A stretch of DNA of 63,078 nt, the filler included, from Dirinaria sp. TL-2023a (Eukaryota): the NCBI GenBank assembly GCA_051941275.1. It is 7 parts of 7 records of this genome, joined end to end, with 100 filler letters (N's around TTAATTAATTAA, not from the genome) between each part and the next. Parts side by side here need not be neighbours in the genome. Positions count along the whole stretch, not along the records: positions 18,078 to 27,012 come from JAVEBF010001122.1; positions 27,113 to 36,046 come from JAVEBF010001123.1; 5 more parts are not named here. One strand, 5' to 3'. Below, piece after piece: positions 22,828 through 34,601 of the stretch. Numbering within the stretch: the first letter of the stretch is position 1; each line of letters starts with the position of its first letter. The notes below the pieces were generated by a model, which saw nothing but the letters and a program-made list of their open reading frames with translations, searched no databases and was not told the DNA's origin. The position numbers and the translations under genes were made by a program.

Positions 22828-24147
22828 CTAATTCTCATGCAAAATCTTGGCAAAATGCTCTGCAGCCCTGGTCGGCTCACCCCCCTGGAATTTCTCCTGT
22901 CCCAATTTCTTCTCACTGAAGGCCTTCGCGTACGGGTTGAGGCGAAGGAGTACTTGGCGATTGCGCAGGGGATTCTTCTTCTGCACACGGGCGCGCTTGG
23001 TCCTGACGTCGCCCTTCGCTGGGCGCACCACTGCTTGCACCTCGGAACTGTTGATGAGGCGGCTGATATCGGCGTTAGCGACAACGTTGGAAGGAAGGAG
23101 GAAATCTTTCTTTAGAGCGCTGGGCGACGTCGTGGAACCGTAGATCGTATCAAGCGCCGCGAATGCTGAAGAGGTCCATATGATAAAGCGGCCGAGGTGG
23201 CCACCCGGTGCCAGTTGGAGCAAGTTCAGCGCAAACACGCTGTTCGTCTCCAGACCTGGAATGTTTCGGAATGCTCGTACAAGCTCTTTCCCGTCCTCTT
23301 CCGGGTTGTAGACCACCAAGGGCCCCCGACGTTGTCGGTGTCGGCGGCCACGAAGCTTGCCTTTGCCGGAACGGAGTTTACGACTGGCCCGCGCCTTCGC
23401 TGCATCTGGCATTGCGCCAACAGCTACCAGCAGTGCCAGAGCAGAGGCAGTCTTTGTGATCTTGGCCCCTGCAAAAGCTTCGGAGGAAACCACGAGTGGA
23501 ACTTCGGGAACAGAAGAGATGCGGTGGCCACGAGCTAGCAGAAGGGAGGGGACTGAAGAGGCAGCGAGGGCCGAAGCTGTAGCGAAGCGCCTGTACGCCG
23601 TGATTGTCAGTGAGAAGTTCTTGCATTCAGCGTGTTCATGTAGCTCACTTCTGGTTGAGATTGATCTTTTGGTGCCATTTGCGCCAGACCTTGGTAGGGG
23701 CGAACATGCGGCCTGAGCGACATTGATTGCCAAAGGCGGCTTGGCCAGCTCGATGAGTCCCACCACCAGAGACACGAGGAATACGTGCAACAGCGCGACC
23801 TAGGTTCCGACTTCAAATCAGTCCTCCAATACCTTGGCGATTTCACCCAACTCTTCCTCCAGCATCTTAGATTCGTAGAGGCTGTACATATCGGTTCCCC
23901 ATGACTCCGCCGATGTCTGGTGGCCAGCTTTCTCGCTCACTGCATACGGCTGACGCTTGTTCTTTGCCATTCCCGCGTGGACACTCCTATCATACTATCA
24001 ACATTGAGTGCGAGCTTTGAATTGAGGAGCGCCGTACTGGACAATGTCCGGACGGATTGGAGCCTTGAAGACATCTGGAAGAGGATGTGTCGAGCCGCTA
24101 GGCTTGCCTTCGGGTGAGGCAATCGTGACTGTAGGACGAGTGGCCAT
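22828..24147 (-). CDS. RPL4: 60S ribosomal protein L4 (uL4), 4 exons
   Basis: MATRPTVT...[60 protein letters not shown]...[10 protein letters not shown]...LRLNPYA. Second intron (23800-23891) begins ATATGT. Confidence 0.96.
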
Positions 24148-24292
24148 GTTGGAGCGCTCTGGTCGATGGCAACAAGTGCGAGTGCTTTTGGAGATGGATT
24201 TGGTTCGGATCGAGGTGTGTGTGCCAAGCGTTCAAGCTAGTGATTAGCGATCAAGCTAGGCGAGTTTGGGAACGACAAGTGACTCCCTCAAT

Positions 24293-24306
24293 TAACCCTA
24301 ACCCTA
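24293..24306. promoter_or_regulatory. Telomere-like (TTAGGG) box about 150 bp upstream of RPL4
   Basis: taaccctaacccta. TTAGGG-type sites bound by Tbf1-like factors are known in fungal ribosomal-protein promoters. Confidence 0.5.
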
Positions 24307-24957
24307 TCAACGCTTGTGTGAAAGCCTGCACTTCGTTGCCTCTTGTGCCAGTGCTATTCGCATATCCGAGTCATGGATAAGATAATTGTCGTTGTACCCA
24401 AGGCTATCATTCTTGCGAAACTCCTTATGCAGACTGGCCGGTTTGGTTATACCTTATAACGTTAGGAGCTTCGAAATACAACTTCATGCTGACGGTATCT
24501 TTCTTCCCTAGACCGTTTCTGATACGCCCCATGTGCTTGCTGAACATTCCGACAAGGACTTATCAAGCGTATTGACTATAGCGCACAGAAGATAAATATG
24601 AAAGTGCATGCTGCCTTCGTGGCTGCCAAGTTCCTTGCCTGAGCAAATTACCTTTCCCTGACAAAGACCATTAGACAGTATACGGACACGCAGCAGTAAC
24701 ATTGCATCCTGCGGCCATGTCTCTTGATGCTCTCGCTGACATGAGTTACGCAAATCGAGAAAAACTTCTACTAGCAATGTGCCTTACTCATTGACAATGG
24801 TTGGAACTGGAGAAACAATGCGAAAAACTATGTACAACGGACTGGGACTACTCATGACCAGATCTATCCACTAAATCTCTGGAACAATCAATGAGGCTTT
24901 GATTTGGTTTATTTCAAATCTATTGCTAGAATATCATGCAGCACTGGAGATTAGAGG

Positions 24958-25810
24958 TCAAAAACTGTCAAAACTTGGGTCCTCGTGCGCAAAAGCGCTC
25001 AAGATTTCTTCCGCCAGCACTCCACTCCCTCTCATGAATCCGTTCTCGATGATCGAGCTGACTATCTTGTCCTTGTCCCCTGTCGCACAACGAGCAGCGC
25101 TTTTTAGAGACTCCTGGACAAAACATCTGAAGCTGGCATCTGACTCTGGTATATATGTGTTGAGGACGGCGACCAAATGCAGGAATCGCACGGGATACTT
25201 GGGTCGGTAGACAAGGTTGCCTAACTTCGCCAGTGCGCAATCTCCGAACCGTGGGAGCAGGTATTTGTCGCTCAAAACATAGATCTGGGCTAGATCAACG
25301 GCTACGGCTCGTTCCGCGTCAGTCAAGGGGTCAGTTCCGCTATGTAAGTTGTCCTCGTGCTCCTGTATGTCTAAGGCTGGGGATACTGTATCGCATCCAG
25401 CTTCAAGCGAGGAACCGTGTTTGACAGTCGGTGGGTTGTGAGAGCTTGATGACAGTCTTTCCTGTCTTTCGTTGATCGATTTGATGAACTTGGCTCGAAG
25501 ATCGCACTCTGATTGCGTGTAGAAGTTCTTTGTGTACAGCCAAGCGATCATACATCGGATATGGGAAGCTTCATCAACTGGAAGCTGTATAGTTCTTTCT
25601 TCTTTTTCTTTGACCGGCAATGTGGTCATTGCGTGGAAGACGGGCGATTGAGCTAGGACCGCTTCGTGGACCAAAAACCGCTCCTTGGTCTGTCCAGCAA
25701 TGACGGTGAAGATTCCTGAGGAGTAGCAGCTGTTGAAATTAGCATGCTTATAACGATTCGTGGAGTGAGGTCACTAACTCTCCCTTGTAGGCTGCCACTG
25801 AATTATACAT
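24958..25810 (-). CDS. BTB/POZ domain protein, 2 exons
   Basis: MYNSVAAYKGD|CYSSGIFTVIAGQTKERFLVHEAVLAQSPVF...E..ERTI.LP.D....WLY...LAQIYVLSDKY. One GT-AG intron with a GCTAAT branch site. Confidence 0.85.
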
Positions 25811-26279
25811 GTTCGAAGCTTCAACTTTTGGAGCTGATCGAATGTCAATTTCATATCCGAGAGGAATTCATTAATTGAAAAGACGCACATGTACGGGAAG
25901 TTTGAACAAGCAGACTTGATCCCTCTATGTCAGGTTACGGCACTCCTGAAATCCTCTCGTTGCAGTAATGGGGAGCGATGGGTGATGAATTCAATGTCCG
26001 AAACATACGAAGCTCACGAATGTGTGGAAGGAGAATGCAAGAGAAGAGGAGAGGAGTGGGGAAAGCTTTCAAGGCTCAAGAAGATCAACTCTCCCGGCAA
26101 TTCACCGAAATCAAGCGTTATGACTATACACCAATGAAGCATGACTCAGGAGTTTTCCATACCTCATGTGTCAGAAGTGAGCCCGGTCTTAACAAGAACA
26201 AGATATATAATATATCAACGCTAGCTTGATGATGTGCACGTAACAAATCGGCGTCGAGCATGCATGAGCTAAAGCAACA

Positions 26280-26960
26280 GAAACAAAATGAACAAAGGAA
26301 GGAAAAGAAAAGAAAAAGAAAGAAAAAAACCACAACCAAATCTCCCTGGCTCCAGTGTTCACAGTCGAACCTTCAGTAGCAAACCTCAACTCCCACTTGT
26401 TCCTTTTCTGTTTGCACCACTTCATGACAAACCTACTTTACACGGACCCCCCCGTCTCTCTTTCTCTTCCCCTCATACCACTCACTACTTTCCAGTTTCC
26501 ACAGCAACCCTTAGCCCTTACCTCGCAAATCCATTCACCCTCCTCCTCCTCCTCCCAAAAAAAAAAAGAAAAAAAAAAAAAAAAAAACCACCAACCATCC
26601 TCGCTCCCCAAAAAGACACCAACCATCATACAAAGGTATTTCTGACGGAATCTCACATATGCTTACTTACTCGGTTGCTGGATTAGACCCTCAAAAATCA
26701 ATCAAATCCTTCAAATACAATCCCAAAAACATCTTTAAAAAAAAAAAAAGACAATTAAATCCAAGGTCCAACAGCATCAGCTGCATCACGCCATACCTTT
26801 CTTCTCCAGTTCCTCTAAATCTCAACCCTGTTCTTCGCTAATCTTAAAAACTGTCTCGCTCTCGTACGAGTACGAGTACATGGTCATCAAGAATGAAGAA
26901 TTAAACCTGGAAAAAAGGAGAAAAAAAGATAACATACTCGTTCCCTCTTTTCTTTCTTCC
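26280..26960. repeat. Low-complexity poly-A / purine-pyrimidine tracts
   Basis: Several long A runs and CT-rich tracts. ORFs here are spurious. Confidence 0.8.
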
Positions 26961-27012
26961 TCTCCAAAAATCACCCTTATACTACATGAGATCACGGTAC
27001 GGTATACTAATC

Positions 27013-27112
27013 NNNNNNNNNNNNNNNNNNNNNNNNNNNNNNNNNNNNNNNNNNNNTTAATTAATTAANNNNNNNNNNNNNNNNNNNNNNNNNNNNNNNN
27101 NNNNNNNNNNNN
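27013..27112. other. Artificial contig linker
   Basis: N44-TTAATTAATTAA-N44. Confidence 0.99.
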
Positions 27113-27169
27113 GGGGGGGGGGTTCACAAAAAGTGCCTCTCAAGACAGGATTTTTTTTTTGTTTTTTTT

Positions 27170-28315
27170 TTACAGCGCCTCTCCAAAATCGTAATGCCCA
27201 GTCGTCGAGGCATGCTCCGTGGCCCCTTTTTCGCCCACCAGCATCGCTCCGCAGACATTGCAGCGGATGCTGAAGCTTGCAGTATTGGTGAAGTAATGCT
27301 GCCCCTGCAGGATTTTACAGAGTTCCCTCGCGCGATCCAGCACGATATCGTCGTCCGCCTCGAAGATCTTCGTGTCGAAATCCGGCGGCGCGTAGGTACT
27401 CGTGTAGGGCGGGTCTGAAGGGCTCAACGCGATCACGTCATAATGGATGCCGGAATATACCAGGATGCACCGTTTAGGCCTTCCCTCGTTGAAGCGATCG
27501 ACGCGCAAGGTTTGCACGTCTATCGAGCAGATCTCGACGTCGAAGTGCTTGCTCAGGATATCCAGCTCGATGAAGCCGCCCCACGCGTCTTCCCGTTGTA
27601 TCCACCGGCAGTACGCATCCGGTTCTTTGTCGAGCACGGCGGCGGAGTAGTCCTCCGGACGCCCTTGGATGTATTGCGCGATGATGGACCGCAATTCGTG
27701 CATGTTGTCCATGGCGCCGAAGTAGGCGCTGTTGAAAGCGCGGAATAGACACGAGTTGTCATCCGGCATGATGCGGAGGAGAAGCGTCGCGGCGTGAGTA
27801 GGCAGTGGAAGCTCGGGAGGTTCGGTGTCCAGTTTATTGGGTTTGCGGCTTAGTGATAGGGGTGATAAATTACTTGATTGTGATGATGGTGCGGCGTTGG
27901 CAGGCTTGTTTGGAGGGGGCGACGGAGGAGCAACGCCGACGTCTGCGAAAGAGAACGAGGATGATACCGATTTTGCGGTGGAAGTCTTGCGGGGTTGCTC
28001 GCTAGCTGAGGATACTATGGGTACTCCGGATGGCTGATTTGGTATTTTATTGTTCTCTTGAGAGCTCTGCTTGACAGGCGCGACCCTCTGGCTGACTATG
28101 AGCTGTTCGCCATCAAGCTTAACGCCTAAGCCTGATAAACTCGCTGTCTTCTCATAGTTCTCCAAATGCAAAGGTTTCGGCGGATAGCCGTATTTAATGT
28201 CTGGCGATGTAATGGATGTTAGCTTAGCTATGTTTGACTGCAAATCTCCAACTGTTGCGTTCTGCTCCAGGGTCAGCGTGGACTGGCCAGCTGGACCACG
28301 CACTCTGAGGCGCAT
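27170..28315 (-). CDS. OTU1: Ubiquitin thioesterase OTU1
   Basis: N-terminal UBX-like MRLRVRGP...YGYPPK, catalytic PDDNSCLF, WGG.IE and SGIHYD, and C-terminal C2H2 (CNVC...H...TGH). Confidence 0.95.
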   Translation of the reverse strand: MRLRVRGPAGQSTLTLEQNATVGDLQSNIAKLTSITSPDIKYGYPPKPLHLENYEKTASLSGLGVKLDGEQLIVSQRVAPVKQSSQENNKIPNQPSGVPIVSSASEQPRKTSTAKSVSSSFSFADVGVAPPSPPPNKPANAAPSSQSSNLSPLSLSRKPNKLDTEPPELPLPTHAATLLLRIMPDDNSCLFRAFNSAYFGAMDNMHELRSIIAQYIQGRPEDYSAAVLDKEPDAYCRWIQREDAWGGFIELDILSKHFDVEICSIDVQTLRVDRFNEGRPKRCILVYSGIHYDVIALSPSDPPYTSTYAPPDFDTKIFEADDDIVLDRARELCKILQGQHYFTNTASFSIRCNVCGAMLVGEKGATEHASTTGHYDFGEAL

Positions 28316-28887
28316 CTTGCCTGCGACTTATCGTCGTGTACGTAGTCAGAGCTTTGATCCTTCAGCAGAAGAACGGTTTCTTGGGCCGAATGCTGTCAAT
28401 ATCAGAAGCCCAGAGTTGGAGAAGTCAAGGAAGGGTCTAAACAAGCACAGCCGAAAGATTCAGTAAACGTAATCGAGAGGAAGGGGCTAAGCCTGTACAA
28501 AGGGAGATATAGACGAGTATTTGATCACTAATGGTGGAGAAAAGAAACTATGTTTGATCTATTTATCAAACTTGGAGTCTCATGAATAATAATGAAAACG
28601 ATGCCAAGCAAACTCTCCTCACCTTAATCGGCAATCGGCTCCGCATTAAATCCACTAGCGGTCGATCACCAGTCGCGTACTCGCCAGGTACCTTAAGGTA
28701 TCTTACTTACCTCCCCTTCGGCTGAATTTCGGGCAGATATTTCGCGTCTTAGCCTACCGTATCTTCAAGTACATGGAAGGAAGGTACCTCCCAACCCTAG
28801 GTTGATGCTGGGATTTGTCGAAACCGCCTCAGCGCGCCTCTTGCAGGCTTCATCGGTATTCTAGGATCGGTGCGCAATATATTCAAC

Positions 28888-31838
28888 ATGGCTGAAGCCA
28901 GCGCTTCTCCCAGCCCGACGCCAATGGACACTACTGAAACAAATGCCACGCCTGCTGCGCAAGACGGGCGAGGAGAGTCAACCATGAAGGATGCCCACTG
29001 GAAGGCTATCAAGTCCGTGATTGAAAAGGCATATGCGTATCGGACACCGGAGTATGCGCAGTCTACATAGATGGACTCTTCAATTAACTAAACAACAATT
29101 TAGTGGTCATGATCCCTCCAAAGTGTTTCATCGCAAAGTCAATAAACGCTCTCTGCCTGACTATTATGACGTTATCAAAGAGCCAGTCGCATTGAGTACC
29201 CTCAAGTCAAAAGTGCTCAACAAGGACTACCGGAAATTTGCAGAATTTGTAAGGGATTGCGCCTTGATCCCCCATAATGCGCAAACGTACAATAGGCCAG
29301 AAGCAGGCGCGTACCAAGATGCTCTCGTTATGCGGGACCTTTTCGCAAGAGAAATCAAGGGTTTGGCCGATGACGGCGTGATCACTGAAGAGGAAGCGAT
29401 CCTTCCAGACCTTGGGGAAATCCCCCCTGCTTCCCCTCGCCCTGCCGAGTACGAAGAGGAGGAGGAGGAAGAGGATGACGAGGATGACGATGATGAAGAT
29501 ATTGAAGACTCGGATGAGGATGGAAAAAAGAGGAGGAGAAGAGGTCCGCGCTCGACTGCTGCAATTACGAAACGCGAAGGAGGCTCGAAGGAGGACGGCC
29601 AGAAAGGTGGCGATGTAGATCCCAGGAAAAGAAGAGGACGACCACCGCGCGTAGACACTCCCATGGAAGCTAGGATTAAAGCGATCTTGAAAGGTATTCG
29701 AAAATTCAAGAGCGAAGCCGGCCCTATCATGATCCACCAATTTGAGAAATTGCCTGACAAAACGACGATGCCCGAATACTACCAGGAGATCAAAGACCCC
29801 ATTGCCATAGAGATTATTAAGGTAGGCGGAATGGAGTCGGAGTGTGGATCAAGGAATATCCTTTGAGATGCTGACATCTTCCCAGAGAAAGCAAAAGCGT
29901 AAGAAGTATCAATCCGTAGACCATTTTCTGCGTGACATCGATACCATGTTCAACAACGCCAAGAGCTATAACCAAGACGAAAGTCAGATTTATAAGGACG
30001 CTGTATATCTACAAGTCTGTGCTCAAGGCAGGAGTATCACGCTGCTTCGTGCTAACAGTCTTCGCAGAAAGAAGCTCATAAAATCGCCGAAGCCGAGCTA
30101 GCTAAACCTGACACTGACTATGTCATGGAAGAAGGTCGCCTGCCGCTGCCACATGGAATTTTGCACAACGGTGAGCTTAGGAAAGTTGGAGATTGGGTTC
30201 ACATACAGAACCCGAACGATGTGACCAAGCCCATCGTCGCCCAGATCTATCGTACCTGGCAAGACAACGAAAGCCAGAAATGGGTCAATGCATGCTGGTA
30301 CTATCGACCAGAGCAGACGGTCCACCAGTACGAAAAGCATTTCTATCCCGCGGAAGTCGTGAAGACCGGACAGTATCGTGATCATCGAATTGAAGAGGTC
30401 ATAGATCGTTGTTTTGTTATGTTTTGTACAAGGTACAGCCGAGGCCGACCTCGAGGGTTTCCTAGTGACAAAGAAGTCTACGTGTGCGACTCAAGGTACA
30501 ACGAAGAGAAACATAAGCTCAATAAGATCAAAACCTGGGCCAGTTGCCTGCCGGACGAAGTACGCGATAAAGATTACGAAATGGATCTATTCGATGGTGT
30601 GAAGAAGGTTAAGAAAGTACCGAGTCCTTTACTCCATCTACTACCAGCAGAAGCAAAGGAGACCGATGACACACCCAAGCCCCAGTGGGGTGTTGATAAT
30701 GCACCTCCTGTTGTTGGCGCGGTGCACAAAGGCCCAAGAGATGAGAATGTGTGTAAAAAAAAATTATGACTCGTCACATTTTATTTTCAGTTTCGCTAAT
30801 TCTTTGTTCCAAAAGCAATCCCCACCACCAGAGCCAACACCTTCTCCTCCACCTCAACCTCCGCCCCCACCACCTCGACAAATCTCCCACAACTCCAACC
30901 GCGAGACACCCAGTTATCGTAAGAACAGCGAAGTCGACGCTAATTCGACGAATATGTCATCAAATCAAACGCCTGCAGTCGCTCCCTCGCCAACGCCTGC
31001 AACTCACCCCCAGTCTTACGCGTCTCAGGTGTCACAGTATCACGCCCCCTCAGCGTCGCCGGCTCCTACCCATCCTCAGCACTACGCCCATCAATTAACC
31101 AGCTACGCTCAGCAACCACACAACAACATCCCACCAAGCCAATCCCCGGCCCAGGTAGACCACTATTCCACCCCTCAAATCCGCTACAACCCAACCCCGT
31201 CACACAACCGCTCCAGCGCAACGGCAATCCAAGGCTACAACCCCAACCTACCCCGTCCGATCGAAGTCTATCGGCTCCCAGACTCCGCAAACGCAGCCAT
31301 CCCCCCGGGCATCCGAGAGCAATTCCAACGCGACGAGGAGGGACACGTATTATTCTTCACGACACCGCCTGTGGACGTCCTTCCGCCCGTCGGCGAAGGC
31401 TCAGCCGTGGGGCACACAGCGAAGTATCTCGCCAGTAAACTACGCAAGAAACTCGCGCTCCAAAAGGAGAAGCGCGAGGCCGAACGTGGAGGAGCTCCTC
31501 CCGCCTCCTCCGATGAGAACGGGCCGGCATCCAAGAAAGCGAAAGTCGAACACGAAGAACCGTCTCCGCAACACGTCCAAGAGCTGCGGGATCAAGGGTT
31601 GCGGCTGCTGATCGAGCAGATGAATCAAGGGACCGAGGATATCTACAAGAGCATATACGGAGCCGATAGCTGGAAGGAAAGCATGAAGAACGAGCAGGAG
31701 CGGTTGAAGACGCGGCAGGCGGATGCGGCGCAGCGCAAGGCCGAGTTGGAAGTCAGTCGCCAGAAGAGGATGGAGAGGGAGAAGGTCGATATGCATGGCT
31801 CCGGGGTGTACCTGGATGATTATGATCCGCGTTACTGA
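28888..31838 (+). CDS. RSC1: RSC chromatin-remodelling subunit Rsc1/Rsc2 (two bromodomains, AT-hook, BAH), 5 exons
   Basis: PDYYDVIKEP...NA.TYN, KRRGRPP, PEYYQEIKDP...FNNAKSYN, and BAH VGDWV..QNPND..KPIVAQIYRTW...CWYYRPEQTVH. Introns 29052-29103, 29822-29885, 30015-30067 and 30749-30815. Confidence 0.93.
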
Positions 31839-31848
31839 TGGTTCGCAA

Positions 31849-32109
31849 TTTTTTTTTTTTTTTTTTTTGTATGCATTCCACACCACGCTATTACCTACCT
31901 ACTAGACGGCGGGAGAGGTTATTAGATGTGTACGATAGATAGACTTCGAATAAGAAGGGGGGATGGGTTCTTAGCTTTTCAGAGAGGAAAAAATCCCAAC
32001 ATATCAGATTTTTTGCAAGGCCTTTTTTTTTTTCTTTTTTTTTTTTTTTTGTGTTGCTTCTTCTCGCGGCCGGCTCCAAAAGTTTCCTCCGAAATGGGAA
32101 GGAAAAGAA

Positions 32110-32141
<32 letters not shown>

Positions 32142-32530
32142 TATAGGATTAGGAGAAAGCGGTCCAGTCCGATTCTTCTCGTCCAACTACAGCAATAATA
32201 ATATTTGTATGTATCTGTGTGTGTGTGCTTGCGTGATGAATACCAGTTAGTATATTGTGATTGAACCCCTCATGACATATTTGAAACAAATAATCAAACT
32301 TTGATTCTATGTACACTTTCGGCTTTGCTCTTATTTTATACACATACATATACATTTTTATGGTAGCAAACAGCAGCCTCTGTCTGCTACCAAATCCGTT
32401 AATTCATACTCTTCTTATCATTTGCGGCTTTTTCCGCCGCCCAGAACCATGGCGCTTTCAAAATCAATGCACTAGTTATACAGTGACCAAAAAAAAAAAA
32501 AGGAAAAAAAGGAAGAACAAAAAAAAAAAT
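31849..32530. repeat. Low-complexity intergenic region: poly-T, poly-A, (GA)n, (GT)n
   Basis: Long homopolymers and dinucleotide arrays are visible. Confidence 0.85.
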
Positions 32531-32545
32531 CGCCCACGAACAAAG

Positions 32546-33263
32546 TCAAGCAGCGGGCGCCGCCGTGACCATGTCACTTAGCCACCATGCGTCCAGCTCG
32601 GAAGATTCGTGGGGCGACACCCCGTCCGGCACTTCCGACAACCAATCCAGCAACCTCGAGGGAGTGCTCCGTGGCATCTCATCCCTTGCTCGAGAGGCGC
32701 GGGAGGACGGAAACCATTCCGCCAGCGAGATGCTCGAAAGCGGGTTCCGCCTCTGCGCTCTCCGCTTCCGTCTGCGCTGGCTAGGCGTTAGAGACACCAG
32801 CGTCTCGTCGCTGCTGTCGTCGGCGGTCCACCGGTTCCCAGGACCGATCGCGAGGGTGGTGAGGCTCGCTTGGCGTCGTCGGTGATACTCCATCCATTCC
32901 AGCGTGTGTTGCCGCTCGACGTGGACCGCGGTGATGAGGCGGCGGATGGAGTTGCGGATCTCGGGGTATTGGCGATCCGGGAGCCAGCGTTCGACTTCTT
33001 GCTGGCGCACCATGCAGGTGTCCAGCTCGAACATTCGATCTGGGCCACTTTGGCCACGCGGATAGGGGGCGTAGGTGGCGAGAAGTTGGCAATTTGAGAA
33101 TGGAGGCCCTCTGGATAGGGCCTCGGGGGATAGTGGAGGTAGGCTGGTTCATTGTTAGCTTTGGATTGTGTCAAGGTATCATGATGAGGAGAAGTGTTAC
33201 TTACCTTGATAGTACCTCATGATGGATGATATTTTTTTGAGTAAGAGGTACACGTAGAGCCAT
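32546..33263 (-). CDS. Orphan hypothetical protein, 2 exons (about 218 aa)
   Basis: ATG at 33263. A canonical intron 33144-33204 (GTAAGT...GCTAAC...CAG) joins MALRVPLTQKNIIHHEVLS in frame to the 32546-33034 ORF. Confidence 0.6.
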
Positions 33264-33630
33264 CTTACTATTTGTACGTTATATCTTAGACTGGTAATGT
33301 CTTCTGGAGTTAGGATAGTCTATATATCGTAGTCAGAGGTGGAAGAGATATGATAACTCAAGCTTAGTTTTGGATGGACTCAAGCTTAGTGTGGGGATCG
33401 TTAGATGTACGAATGATGAGAGTTCGAAAGTTCATGGACAGCAGGATAAAGCTCTGCTCTTATAGTATATCATAGAAAAATCTACTCTTGTTGAGCGGGC
33501 TATGCAGCCGCCGGGAATTGTTGATGAGAATGTATTTTCCTTCCAGATGAGGATACTCGGTTAGATATTGACTCATCTCGAGCTCAACAGAAAATACGGT
33601 ACCAGAAATCTTCATTATACTTTTTAATAA

Positions 33631-33926
33631 CCACGATTATTTTATCGAGTGACCTTAGAGAATTGCTATCTTTCAGCACAGCAGCCATGATCTAGACCTC
33701 AGCAGAGGCAAGCATGCAGCCCAATCTCCCAGAAAGCCCTCGGCCACAAAGGAAATGGTTGAGTCAAGATATGAGGGGAAAGCCACGGTTAGTTTGTCGA
33801 GTGACCTTAGAGAATTGCCATCCTTCAGCACATAGCAGAGGCAAGCGTAGCATAGATGCAGCCCAATCTCTTAGAAAGCCCTCGGCCATTAAGGAAATGG
33901 TTGAGTCAAGATACAAGGGGAAAAGG
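33631..33926 (+). repeat. Diverged tandem duplication of an approximately 150-bp unit
   Basis: tcgagtgaccttagagaattgc...agaaagccctcggcca...aaggaaatggttgagtcaagata occurs twice. Confidence 0.9.
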
Positions 33927-34601
33927 CAACTTTACAGTTGCCACTCCGAAATTTTTTTTTTTTTTTTTTTAAAAAAAAAACCCGTTCATGAAGCTCAACG
34001 CAGGATGGAATTAGAAGAGGAGAATCAAGACATCTCTCCAGAAAGATATCAACCCCCCTTCAATATCAGCCAAGATTGAATATCCATAGGTCCATGCTGT
34101 CATTGGTGAGAGTTCTTTTCGGTGACCAGAGCGTAGCTCTGAAGTGAGCCGAGAAATGAAGCATTCATGATGAAAGCTTGCTCGATCAGAGTGTTCTTAA
34201 TATCAAATCCCTCTCTCGGCTAGTACTCGTACGAGTACGAGCGCTTGATGGGTGAAAGTGAAGCAATTGTGACTGTCCACCAACAGCAGCCTCGGCTCCA
34301 AGCTAAGAGATAGATTGAGTGCACTGTGAATAAGGTAGTGTTTACTATTAGTCTATTTTCCTGTCAAAAATAAACAAGGGAATGAGATAATTGAGAAGTT
34401 CTTTCCTAATTAAATCCCTCTGCTCCCCTGATTTTCAATCGGCTGCACTTGCCCACTCAGGTCCCAGCTCCTGACAACCATCCCACTTTACATACATGTG
34501 ATAGCTGGGCAATTTGATCAATATCATGGGCATACTCATACAATATCTAACGTGGACGATGTTTCGTGTCACGCGATAAGCCACCGAAGAAAAGAGCCAA
34601 G

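Noticed and set aside
23800..23891. U12-type intron, or recursive/nested splicing at the internal AAG|GTATTG, as explanation of the RPL4 donor
   Set aside because: The donor lacks ATATCC and the intron ends in AG; the nested route leaves four extra nucleotides and needs a 33-nt intron.
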